64,000 bases of DNA from the NCBI GenBank assembly GCA_002010065.2, contig MTMD02000014.1, positions 4,534 to 68,533 of the forward strand, in the 5' to 3' direction. Below are positions 35,856 to 43,742 of the stretch, in pieces; position 1 is the first letter of the stretch, and the number at the start of each line of letters is the position of its first letter. The position numbers and the translations under genes were made by a program. Source of the DNA: Candidatus Pyrohabitans jungbluthii (GTDB taxonomy: Archaea; Hydrothermarchaeota; Hydrothermarchaeia; Hydrothermarchaeales; BMS3B). The notes under the pieces are model-generated. The model was not told the DNA's origin, did not search any database, and saw only the letters and a list, made by a program, of their open reading frames with translations.

Positions 35856-37859
35856 ATGATGCGGGGAATTTTCCTGTGCACCTGCGGGAGGCAGAACAAA
35901 TTAAATTTTAAAAAACTTAAGAATAGGCTTTCAAACCAGGGAAAAACCGAGATTTACGACTATTTTTGCTCGCCGAAGGGCATGGAGTACATCGCCCACC
36001 TTGCTGAGCGCTGGGGATTGAGCAGTATATACATGGCTGCGTGCAGCGATAAAGCAGAGAGCTTCGAAAAGCTGGGCGAGGAAATAGATGTGCCCATATA
36101 TACCATAAATATCCGCGAAACCTGTGGGTGGGTTCATGACAGAGAGGAGGCCACAGAAAAAGCGGCGCTTCTTGTTAAAAGCGCGATCGCGAGCGTTGAA
36201 GTCCAGCACGACGCCGCCCCTGTGGTGGTTGGTGGTAGAGAAGATGTGATTCTTGCCGGTGACTTTGAGAAGGCAAGAGAATTCGCCAACCTTCTTCCTG
36301 AGGATGTTAAGGTAAGAATGATTGCGAGAAGTGCTTCTCCGGAAGGGGTAGTGCAAGAGTTTCTTGCCGGTGAGATAAAGAGCATTTCTGGCGAATTTGG
36401 TGATTTTAAGGTAGGCTACGAGGTAGCGCCTATAGATTCGCGCACTTGCATAGGGTGCGGTAAATGCGAAGCTTCCTGCCCTGAGGGTGCAATCTCCCTG
36501 CTCACCTACTCCATCTCAGACTCCTGTACCCGCTGCGGCAAGTGCATTAAAGTGTGCCCGGTTGGTGCAATAAGCTTCGAGAACAGGGAGGCAATCGCAG
36601 AGGCGGGGCAGGTGGTAATCTTTGGCAACTGGATGGGCCCAAACAGGCATGGAATATTTCAGGTGAAGGGCGAGGGAGATTATGCGGAGGTGCTCTCCAA
36701 GCTCATCCCCGGGTTTTACAAGAGGGCTAAACCAAGGTACATCGAGGCGCGCCTTGAGCACTGCGCCAGTGGAAAGAGCACAATAGTGGGCTGTCAGTTT
36801 TGTGAAGCTTCCTGCCCGGAGGGTGCGGTGATAAGAGAGGGGGAGAGAATAAGATTTTCTGAAGTCTCGTGCGTCGGCTGCGGCGCCTGTGTAGCTGCAT
36901 GTCCCCTCTCTGTGCCCGAGCTGGTAACTCTCCCACAGGCAGCCATCGATTCCCAGCTAACCCAGCTTCTCAGCAGCGATAAGATGAGAAAGAAGGTCAT
37001 AGCCTTCACTTGCGAAAACCAGTGGGAGAAGCTGCTCGCTATGGGGAAGAAAGGGTTAAGCTACCCTCCTGTGCTTCCGCTACTCGTGCCGTGCATCGGC
37101 GCTTTGTCTATACCCAACCTGCTCTTACCCTTCGCAATGGGCGCTGACGGGGTTATTCTTCTGGGCTGCGGGGAGTGTCGCCACTCTTCCAGCACTCCCG
37201 CCGTGGGGTTCGTAACCAAGCTGCTTGAAGGTTACGGGATGCAAAACGCCCTGCTTGAGATCAGAGGCAGAACCCCTGAGGAAACAGCAGAAGCTATAAA
37301 GAGCTTTTATGGCAACCTCTCACCCTCGCCATTCGCTTCTGCCGGGAAAATTGACGGCAATCAGGTGCAGCGTGTGCTAAAAATACTCAAAGCTTTTTCC
37401 TCCTTTGATTTGCCAGAAATAAGAATACTCGACGAAAGGCTGCCCTTCGGCTATGCTGAAATTGCCCGAGAGAAATGCACCTTCTGCAACGCCTGCATCT
37501 CCATGTGTCCTACTTCTGCTCTTACTAAAGCAGACTCCAAGCTCGAGTTTTCCCATTCGAAGTGCATAAACTGCAGGCTTTGTGAAAGGGCATGTCCTGA
37601 AGGTGCGATAAGGGTGGAGAGTGTATTTGACCTGAGGGAATACGTGGGTGGGGAGAAGAAGATGCTTGTGGAGGAGGAGATGCTCCCCTGCGAGGGCTGC
37701 GGCAGACGCGTAATTCCCAGAGGCATGCTTAGGAAGTCTGCTGAAAAGCTGGTTGATGCCGGCATACCTGGGGATTCTCTTCAGATAAGGCTTCTTGAGT
37801 ACTGCGAGCGCTGCCGGGGGAAGAAGGTGTTAGAGCTTTTGATGGAGGGTAGAATTTGA
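35856..37859 (+). CDS. Cytoplasmic iron-sulfur protein: polyferredoxin with an MvhD/FlpD-like domain
   Basis: There are several CxxCxxCxxxCP clusters (CIGCGKCEASCP, CTRCGKCIKVCP, CQFCEASCP, CVGCGACVAACP, CTFCNACISMCP, CINCRLCERACP). An MvhD-like block is VIAFTCENQW...LVPCIGALS...MGADGVILLGCGECRH. There is no signal peptide. Confidence 0.7.
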   Translation: MMRGIFLCTCGRQNKLNFKKLKNRLSNQGKTEIYDYFCSPKGMEYIAHLAERWGLSSIYMAACSDKAESFEKLGEEIDVPIYTINIRETCGWVHDREEATEKAALLVKSAIASVEVQHDAAPVVVGGREDVILAGDFEKAREFANLLPEDVKVRMIARSASPEGVVQEFLAGEIKSISGEFGDFKVGYEVAPIDSRTCIGCGKCEASCPEGAISLLTYSISDSCTRCGKCIKVCPVGAISFENREAIAEAGQVVIFGNWMGPNRHGIFQVKGEGDYAEVLSKLIPGFYKRAKPRYIEARLEHCASGKSTIVGCQFCEASCPEGAVIREGERIRFSEVSCVGCGACVAACPLSVPELVTLPQAAIDSQLTQLLSSDKMRKKVIAFTCENQWEKLLAMGKKGLSYPPVLPLLVPCIGALSIPNLLLPFAMGADGVILLGCGECRHSSSTPAVGFVTKLLEGYGMQNALLEIRGRTPEETAEAIKSFYGNLSPSPFASAGKIDGNQVQRVLKILKAFSSFDLPEIRILDERLPFGYAEIAREKCTFCNACISMCPTSALTKADSKLEFSHSKCINCRLCERACPEGAIRVESVFDLREYVGGEKKMLVEEEMLPCEGCGRRVIPRGMLRKSAEKLVDAGIPGDSLQIRLLEYCERCRGKKVLELLMEGRI

Positions 37860-38497
37860 GAGAAATCATGGAGTCGAGAAGGGACTTTTACTACTTTCTT
37901 TCGTGGCTATACCTGGAAGGACCTCCTCAGGAGCTTGTGGAAGACCTGATTAATGGAAAGTTTCAGCTTGAGCACAGAAACAAGGATATGCAGGAGGGGA
38001 TTAGGATTTTAGAGGAATGGGCCACGAGCGTGGAGGATGTAAGGGAGGGCTATCTTAACGCTCAAGACGAGTTTGCAAGGCTCTTTATTGGACCAGGGAA
38101 GCCGCTGGTATCGCCGTATCAGTCGGTTTACGAGGAGGGCGCACCCTACGGCAAAGCCACGCTGAGGATGAAGGAGATATACGAAGAAGCTGAGGTGAGC
38201 AAGGGTACTGGGGTAAAAGAGCCTGAGGACCACGTGGGCATGGAGCTGGCGTTTATGGGCCTCCTCTGCAATAGAATTTCCTCGCTTGTGGATAGAAGCG
38301 AGATTCTGAGGAATTTGCACACTCAAAAGCAGTTCCTCAATGAGCAACTGCTTAGATGGGTGCCGAAGTTCTGTGAAGACCTCCTCAAGAGCGAGAGGGC
38401 CTTCTTCTATCGCGGTGTGGCGATGCTCACCCTTGGCTTCCTCGAAGAGGAGAAGCGCAACATAGAACAACTAATCGCGAGCTATGAGCTTGAGTAG
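37856..38497 (+). CDS. TorD/DmsD-family redox-enzyme maturation chaperone
   Basis: RRDFYYFLSWLY, EFARLFIGPGKPLVSPYQSVY and EDHVGMELAFMG are the conserved TorD-family blocks. Confidence 0.75.
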   Translation: MREIMESRRDFYYFLSWLYLEGPPQELVEDLINGKFQLEHRNKDMQEGIRILEEWATSVEDVREGYLNAQDEFARLFIGPGKPLVSPYQSVYEEGAPYGKATLRMKEIYEEAEVSKGTGVKEPEDHVGMELAFMGLLCNRISSLVDRSEILRNLHTQKQFLNEQLLRWVPKFCEDLLKSERAFFYRGVAMLTLGFLEEEKRNIEQLIASYELE

Positions 38498-38498
38498 G

Positions 38499-38912
38499 CT
38501 ATTCCACAAGCTTCCTATCGGTGCGGTAAACCAGCGCACTGCAGCTCGCCACAAGCCTAGCGTCCTGGTTTCTCACCTTTATCTCGTAGAGCCCTGTTTT
38601 GCGCGTGGTGTTTATCTCCCTCGCCTCGGCGCGCAACACATCCCCCTGCTTGGCTGGCGAGGTGTAGGTTACATTCATGCTCAGCGCCACGCTTACTATG
38701 CCCCGAGAGTTGCTCGCCAGCTCGAAGGCGGCGTCGATGAGGGCGAAGATGGCGCCGCCATGAGCGTAGCCGAAGATGTTCTCGTGCTCCTCACTCACCT
38801 TCATCTCCACCAGAGCGTAGCCCTCTTTCAGCTCCAGCAACCTTATTCCCAGCTTCTTTGCAAAGGGCTCCGCCTCGAACCTCTCCTTAAGAATCTCAAT
38901 GACGTTGCTCAA
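38499..38912 (-). CDS. PaaI/YbgC-type hotdog-fold thioesterase
   Basis: FAKKLGIRLLELKEGYALVEM...NIFGYAHGGAIFALIDAAF matches the PaaI family pattern. Confidence 0.8.
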   Translation of the reverse strand: MSNVIEILKERFEAEPFAKKLGIRLLELKEGYALVEMKVSEEHENIFGYAHGGAIFALIDAAFELASNSRGIVSVALSMNVTYTSPAKQGDVLRAEAREINTTRKTGLYEIKVRNQDARLVASCSALVYRTDRKLVE

Positions 38913-39164
38913 GGCTGAACACCTCTTATAAGACTATACCCTCTCTATTTTTATGTTTAAGCCAGAAAAATCCGAATCTTCTCCTGAGAGTAGAGTTGCA
39001 TCCATGCTTCTCCCACATCCTCTCTTAGCAGGGTAACCTGTACCTTACCGGTAATGCTGACAACTGTTCAAAGAATTAAAGAAGTAATAAATATTATCAA
39101 AAGAACTTAAAATTTATTAAGGGATTGCTGACTACTGATGCCCAATATTTGGAGAAGTGGAAAA

Positions 39165-39500
39165 ATGGCGGACAGACTAAAAGCCTACAGACAGAAAGAG
39201 GGGCACGAAAAAATAAGAGAAATTGGACATATCGACCTCTCCGATGCGGTATTAGCCGTAAGACAGTTGAAAATCTCCCCGGCAAATGTGGAAATTCCAG
39301 AGATGGTGGGAGTCCAGAGGGATAGAAGCTTTATTGAGTTCACAAAACTTGCGGATGGTGAGTATCAGGTAAGATACGAAAACCCCGGTGAAAAAGTATA
39401 CCTGATAGGCAGTTTGCCGGAGCAAAAAGCCATTGATTGCCTCACAGATTTCTTCAAAGGCGAGCGGCCAAGGTGGTGTGATGAGCTCGAGGAATATTAA
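39165..39500 (+). CDS. Hypothetical protein
   Basis: This ORF has a GGAG-like site upstream of ATG 39165 and overlaps the next gene by 20 nt. I recognise no motif. Confidence 0.4.
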   Translation: MADRLKAYRQKEGHEKIREIGHIDLSDAVLAVRQLKISPANVEIPEMVGVQRDRSFIEFTKLADGEYQVRYENPGEKVYLIGSLPEQKAIDCLTDFFKGERPRWCDELEEY

Positions 39501-40038
39501 AATAGTGCTGCTTCTCCTGATTTTACTTTCGGTGATTTCAGGCACGCTGCTTTATATTAAGTTTCAGAACCGGAAGTCTGATGCTTTGCTGCCAGAGAAT
39601 GCGACAGTCTCCAATGGCCCATCCTATTTTCCCGAGCTGTACCTTAAGCCGGAACAGGTTAAAATTGAGCCAAATGAGACAGCGGTTGTCAATGTGGTTC
39701 TCGTAAATGGCTCAGCCGTAGCGGCTCTTGATATTGGTATTGAATACGACGGAAATGTGATCGAGGTGCTAAACGTCACCTCAAACTACAGCATTAATTA
39801 TTCCACCGGCTATATACTCGACCACTTTCTTAAGAATGTCCTGGAGCTGGAAATATATCCTGAGAGACCCATCGAAAATGGCAGCATAGTGGCAAGCATC
39901 GCCATACGAGGGGTGCGTGAGGGTAAGAGCGTTCTGAGCTTCTCTATCTTTTCCGAGCTGTACGATGAAAAAGGAAAGCCGATAAACAGGGGGCTTTTCG
40001 ACATCGCGGAGGTTGTGGTGGGAAATGAGCAACTATGA
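39481..40038 (+). CDS. N-terminally anchored protein with a cohesin-like beta-sandwich domain
   Basis: The anchor is IKIVLLLLILLSVISGTLLYI. TAVVNVVLVNGSAVAALDIGIEYDGNVIEVLNVT and GSIVASIAIRGVREGKSVLSFS...DIAEVVVG resemble the strand pattern of type I cohesins. Confidence 0.45.
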   Translation: MSSRNIKIVLLLLILLSVISGTLLYIKFQNRKSDALLPENATVSNGPSYFPELYLKPEQVKIEPNETAVVNVVLVNGSAVAALDIGIEYDGNVIEVLNVTSNYSINYSTGYILDHFLKNVLELEIYPERPIENGSIVASIAIRGVREGKSVLSFSIFSELYDEKGKPINRGLFDIAEVVVGNEQL

Positions 40039-40056
40039 AGCCTCATCCAGTAACTC

Positions 40057-41730
40057 TTAGAGATAATGCCCCTGGACAGTTGACTCGGCGCAAACATATC
40101 TTTCCATCTCCCTCACCTCCCCATTTTTAAGCACCATGTACTTCGCGTATATTAGCCTGTCCTTCCCCAGGCTCTTTCTGTAGAGCCTTTCAACGATGAA
40201 GCCTCCGGCTTCTTCTCTCGCAACGGTGTGGGATATCGGCGGCTCCCTCAGGATTTTGAGCTCTCCTCCCATCTTCTGAGCCTCTTCCCTCATATCCTGC
40301 AGGACCTTCTGAAGCTCTCCCTCATTTACCTCCCGGTGCTCCCTTCCGTACCAGGAATTTGAAGTTTCATGAACCACAAAGCGCACATAGTCTGCCGCCT
40401 CTTCCGGTGTATCTATGGGCGCAAACAGGAAGGATGCCTGCTCCCAGCCTTCCACGGCGAAGCCCACGTTGTTGTATTCGGCGATGAGATAGCTGAGCTC
40501 ATCCGCTCCGATGCGCTGGTAGATGGGTCTGATAAGCCTGAAGCCCTCTCTGAGCTTTAGGCTGGGGTAGCGCCTTTTAACACCCTCTTCCGTTGAAATT
40601 ACCCCGAGACCCTCGGATATTTCAAACTCCTCGTCGAGGATTGGAACCTCCTCGCCGTTGATGATGAGGCGCTCCCTGAGACCGTCGTAGGTGACGTTGT
40701 GGGGTGGGAAGAACGCAGGAGCCCTCGCGTAGAAGCGGGACCAGACCTCAATGTTCACCAGATAGTTGCCCCTGACCTGCACAATGTCAAGAAGCGCCTC
40801 GCACCTGCTTTTAATCAGAGGCTCCAACCCTCTGCTCACTCTGAACAGGTCCTCAAAGGTGTAGAAGTTGCAGTGGTCTAAGGAATTATACGACTTGAAG
40901 TAGTATGCATTTGCCCCCCGGAGGGACATGCTACCCCTGTCCATCCACTCAAGCTCATAGAGGAGGCTGAACAGGGTAGAGGAGTATTTCTTCGGCAGGT
41001 ATCCCTTCGCCAGCCTATTCCCATCTTCACCCGGCCTGAGCTTTCTGATGTAGACCCTCACCGCCTCTGCGACCTCTCCGTCCTCCTCACGCCAGTAGGT
41101 CACAAACCTCTCCCCTCTCTTGCCGCCGAAAAAGCTCTCCAACCCCTCTGTTGAATTTGGCGGCGCCTCAACGACGCCCTCTTCACCCTTTATCCAGCCT
41201 TCCGGCAAGTAAGAGAAGCGTATATCCCCGCCTTCAATGGTCACCCCTCTGGCTACCTCCATAGCCTCGGTTTCCAGTATGTCACCCTTTTTATCCTGAG
41301 AAATGTAGGGATCGAGGTTTACGGTGAGATTCCCGAACACTCCTTTATCTATGGCGATAAAAGGCGGTGAATAGATTATGAGCAGATTCTCCGGATATGT
41401 GAGCGAAATAACCCTTCTGTCACCCTCCTTCATGGGCATGATGTACTCACCTTCATCTTTTTGATTCATAAGAATGAGACTGCGATAGCCGGTATCTGCC
41501 ACAAAATCGCCCCAGTATATGTTCCTAAGCTTTGGTTCTATTTTCTCAACCTCAATTACCACGTCGTAGTATCCTGTGGCAGGGTTCTCCCGCACCTCAA
41601 CAAGTTTGAATGTCACCTCGACAGGAGAGGGCGGCACCGGCGGGGATAAAACAATATACAAGAGCAGGGCAGAAATGACGACCACGAATACGCCAGCTAC
41701 GCCAAGAACTATTTTTAGAGACTTTCTCAT
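40057..41730 (-). CDS. Hypothetical large N-terminally anchored extracytoplasmic protein
   Basis: The anchor is LKIVLGVAGVFVVVISALLLYIVL. The roughly 520-aa ectodomain has no recognisable motif. A GGAGAG site lies about 10 nt upstream of the ATG, 53 nt after the upstream zinc-ribbon gene. Confidence 0.55.
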   Translation of the reverse strand: MRKSLKIVLGVAGVFVVVISALLLYIVLSPPVPPSPVEVTFKLVEVRENPATGYYDVVIEVEKIEPKLRNIYWGDFVADTGYRSLILMNQKDEGEYIMPMKEGDRRVISLTYPENLLIIYSPPFIAIDKGVFGNLTVNLDPYISQDKKGDILETEAMEVARGVTIEGGDIRFSYLPEGWIKGEEGVVEAPPNSTEGLESFFGGKRGERFVTYWREEDGEVAEAVRVYIRKLRPGEDGNRLAKGYLPKKYSSTLFSLLYELEWMDRGSMSLRGANAYYFKSYNSLDHCNFYTFEDLFRVSRGLEPLIKSRCEALLDIVQVRGNYLVNIEVWSRFYARAPAFFPPHNVTYDGLRERLIINGEEVPILDEEFEISEGLGVISTEEGVKRRYPSLKLREGFRLIRPIYQRIGADELSYLIAEYNNVGFAVEGWEQASFLFAPIDTPEEAADYVRFVVHETSNSWYGREHREVNEGELQKVLQDMREEAQKMGGELKILREPPISHTVAREEAGGFIVERLYRKSLGKDRLIYAKYMVLKNGEVREMERYVCAESTVQGHYL

Positions 41731-41783
41731 TATCTTATTCTCTCCTTCGGTTACAGCCTAAAGGAAGCGTAGAATTGGGCAAA

Positions 41784-41819
41784 CTACCATCCTCCGTCAT
41801 CGCCGCCATCGCCCCAGTC
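41784..41819. repeat. Left arm of a perfect 36-bp inverted repeat (codes the last 11 residues + stop of the minus-strand gene)
   Basis: The reverse complement of 41784-41819 is gactggggcgatggcggcgatgacggaggatggtag, identical to 43697-43732. Confidence 0.9.
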
Positions 41820-42452
41820 ACCATCATCGCCATCATCAGAGCCGCCGTAGCCGAAGGAGTCATCAAAGGCGGCGTCATCCGAATTTACATCCTCAAGTAT
41901 TGAGCTGTAGTCCTCCTCCGGAATTGCGACAACCTCTGCAACCTCCGATTGAGAAACACCCTGCGGAAGGTCGTTGAGGTAGGACATAACAAATATTGGT
42001 GCTGCATACCGCATTGCATCGTCCTCATCTTCCCTGATGATTCTCCCTATTTTCTTCCTGTCCTCCTCAACAATTTTTTCTGCTTTGGGTGTCAGCTCAT
42101 AGTACTTTTTCTTTCTAAAAAATCCCTTCTTCTTAACCCTGAGCAGGTCTCTTTTTATCAGCTTGTCGACAGTATTCCTGATGTAGGAGTGGGACTTTCG
42201 GACCATCTTTGCGATTATTTCCGTGTTGCTAATCCCGTGCTTCACCGCCATTAATACAGAAAGCTGTACCGGGGGAAGCGAGCATTTGATTTTCTTTTTC
42301 TTCGTCTTCTTTGTAGATTTTTTAGATTTTGCCTTGACTTTCCTGTTAGCCTTGCTTAAAATTGATTGTCTGTACTTCCTTAAATCTTTGCCACAGTTAG
42401 AACAGAAATTGTGCTTCTCACCCACCTCTGCCCCGCATTCAGGGCAAAACAT
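41784..42452 (-). CDS. Zinc-ribbon + winged-helix protein with an acidic Gly/Asp C-terminal tail (paralogue A)
   Basis: The zinc ribbon is MFCPECGAEVGEKHNFCSNCGKDL, followed by a Lys-rich linker. The wHTH-like block is LPPVQLSVLMAVKHGISNTEIIAKMV...LLRVKKKGFFRKKKYYELTPKAEKI. The tail is GGSDDGDDGDWGDGGDDGGW. The start is set at the internal ATG 42450-42452. Confidence 0.65.
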   Translation of the reverse strand: MFCPECGAEVGEKHNFCSNCGKDLRKYRQSILSKANRKVKAKSKKSTKKTKKKKIKCSLPPVQLSVLMAVKHGISNTEIIAKMVRKSHSYIRNTVDKLIKRDLLRVKKKGFFRKKKYYELTPKAEKIVEEDRKKIGRIIREDEDDAMRYAAPIFVMSYLNDLPQGVSQSEVAEVVAIPEEDYSSILEDVNSDDAAFDDSFGYGGSDDGDDGDWGDGGDDGGW

Positions 42453-42515
42453 ATTATCCCCTCTGGTTATGTTGGTATTTATATTTTTCGCAAACTGTGG
42501 CGGCTGAGGGCGAAT

Positions 42516-42529
42516 CGCATAAATTTGCG
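42516..42529. promoter_or_regulatory. Near-palindrome in the divergent promoter region (candidate operator)
   Basis: cgcataaatttgcg is a 14-bp palindrome with one central mismatch. It lies midway between the two divergent zinc-ribbon/wHTH genes and between TATA-like tracts (ggtatttatattttt and ctatttatatga). Confidence 0.2.
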
Positions 42530-42640
42530 GCAAAAATCGAAGATATTGTGATTTTGCTGTAAAACTGCGCCAGTTGGATATTATTACTTGCACACATAAA
42601 CCACAAACTATTTATATGACTAAAATTTTATAAGGATAAA

Positions 42641-43732
42641 TTGAACATGTTCTGCTCTAATTGCGGAGTAGAAGTGGAGGAAACTGACAAATTTTGTTAT
42701 AATTGCGGGCATAAACTAAAGGTTAGAGGCAGGGTTTCTAAGAGTGCTGGCGGGGAGGTGGAGAAGCAGGTCAGCAAGGCTAAATCTGCTAAATCTCCAG
42801 CTAGGGGTAAAGCTAAAAGTAAAATAAAGCTGAAGTGCTCAATTCAGGGGATGAACAAAAAATTCAAACCCAACGGCTCCTACAGGCTTTACAGTCTCGG
42901 GAGGGTTTCCCTCGAGGAGGCTCTGGAGTATCTGAGAATGATGCCTGAAAAGGAGGACTTTCCGCCAAAACTTCTGAAGAGAATTAAGAATATGGAAGAC
43001 GTGTGTGTGCCCCACTTAATCTTCTCAAACACCTACACCCTCACCTTTTTCACCTCAGACGGAGAGTCAATAGAGGTGATAACAGAAGACTTCACCGAAC
43101 TTGCAGGATTTAAATTTAAAAGTAGCTCTGCCGAGCTAATAGCGGTTGACGTCAGCAGAGAGGAGGCAGAGGAGATATTGAAGGATTTCTTCTGGAGAGT
43201 TGAGAGGATAAAGGAACTGAAGCTGAGGCTCTCCCCGCTTCAGCTGTCGATAATGACAGCCATAGACAATGGTGTAAGCAACTCGCACGCCATGGCTGCG
43301 GTTACTGGTGTGGGGCAGAGTGAGGTGAAGGATGAGATTAAGGAGCTGCTGGATAAGGATTACATTAAGCTCAGGAAGAAGGGCTTTATAAGGAAGAAGT
43401 ACTGGTATGAGCTTACTCCGAAGGGTGAGAGCATACTTGCGAGGGACAGGAGGAAGGTTGAGAAGGCGGTGGCAGATGATGACAAGATGCTGAATAATTT
43501 TGCTGCCCTCTTCTGGATGATGTATGCCCTGCATGTCGTTCCTGATACCATCACCGGAGACCAGATCGTAGATGTCATAGGCGAACCCCCCGGAGAGGTG
43601 GAGGAAGTGGTCGCCGTGCCGGAGGACATGGCATACGACATCGACGTAGATGCAGGTGGAGATGGCGACGATGGAGGCGATTATGGAGACGACGGAGACT
43701 GGGGCGATGGCGGCGATGACGGAGGATGGTAG
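42641..43732 (+). CDS. Zinc-ribbon + inserted domain + winged-helix protein with the same acidic C-terminal tail (paralogue B)
   Basis: It begins MFCSNCGVEVEETDKFCYNCGHKL, followed by a Lys-rich linker and an extra domain of about 125 aa. The wHTH block is LSPLQLSIMTAIDNGVSNSHAMAAVT...IKLRKKGFIRKKYWYELTPKGESI. The tail is GGDGDDGGDYGDDGDWGDGGDDGGW. Confidence 0.65.
   Translation: MNMFCSNCGVEVEETDKFCYNCGHKLKVRGRVSKSAGGEVEKQVSKAKSAKSPARGKAKSKIKLKCSIQGMNKKFKPNGSYRLYSLGRVSLEEALEYLRMMPEKEDFPPKLLKRIKNMEDVCVPHLIFSNTYTLTFFTSDGESIEVITEDFTELAGFKFKSSSAELIAVDVSREEAEEILKDFFWRVERIKELKLRLSPLQLSIMTAIDNGVSNSHAMAAVTGVGQSEVKDEIKELLDKDYIKLRKKGFIRKKYWYELTPKGESILARDRRKVEKAVADDDKMLNNFAALFWMMYALHVVPDTITGDQIVDVIGEPPGEVEEVVAVPEDMAYDIDVDAGGDGDDGGDYGDDGDWGDGGDDGGW
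43697..43732. repeat. Right arm of the perfect 36-bp inverted repeat
   Basis: See 41784-41819. Codons immediately upstream of the repeat differ synonymously between the two genes (gat gat ggt versus gac gac gga). Confidence 0.9.
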
Positions 43733-43742
43733 AGAAGCAGGG

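Noticed and set aside
43640-43732. The Asp/Gly-rich tails of the zinc-ribbon proteins acting as dockerin-like Ca-binding partners of the nearby cohesin-like protein.
   Set aside because: The zinc-ribbon/wHTH proteins have no signal peptide and look cytoplasmic. The tail also lacks the duplicated 22-residue F-hand repeat of dockerins.
43650-43742. A 31-aa N-terminal extension (MQVEMATMEAIMETTETGAMAAM...) of the large lipoprotein ORF.
   Set aside because: It is simply the alternative-frame reading of the upstream gene's GGN/GAY-rich tail. The lipoprotein signal peptide starts at ATG 43743.
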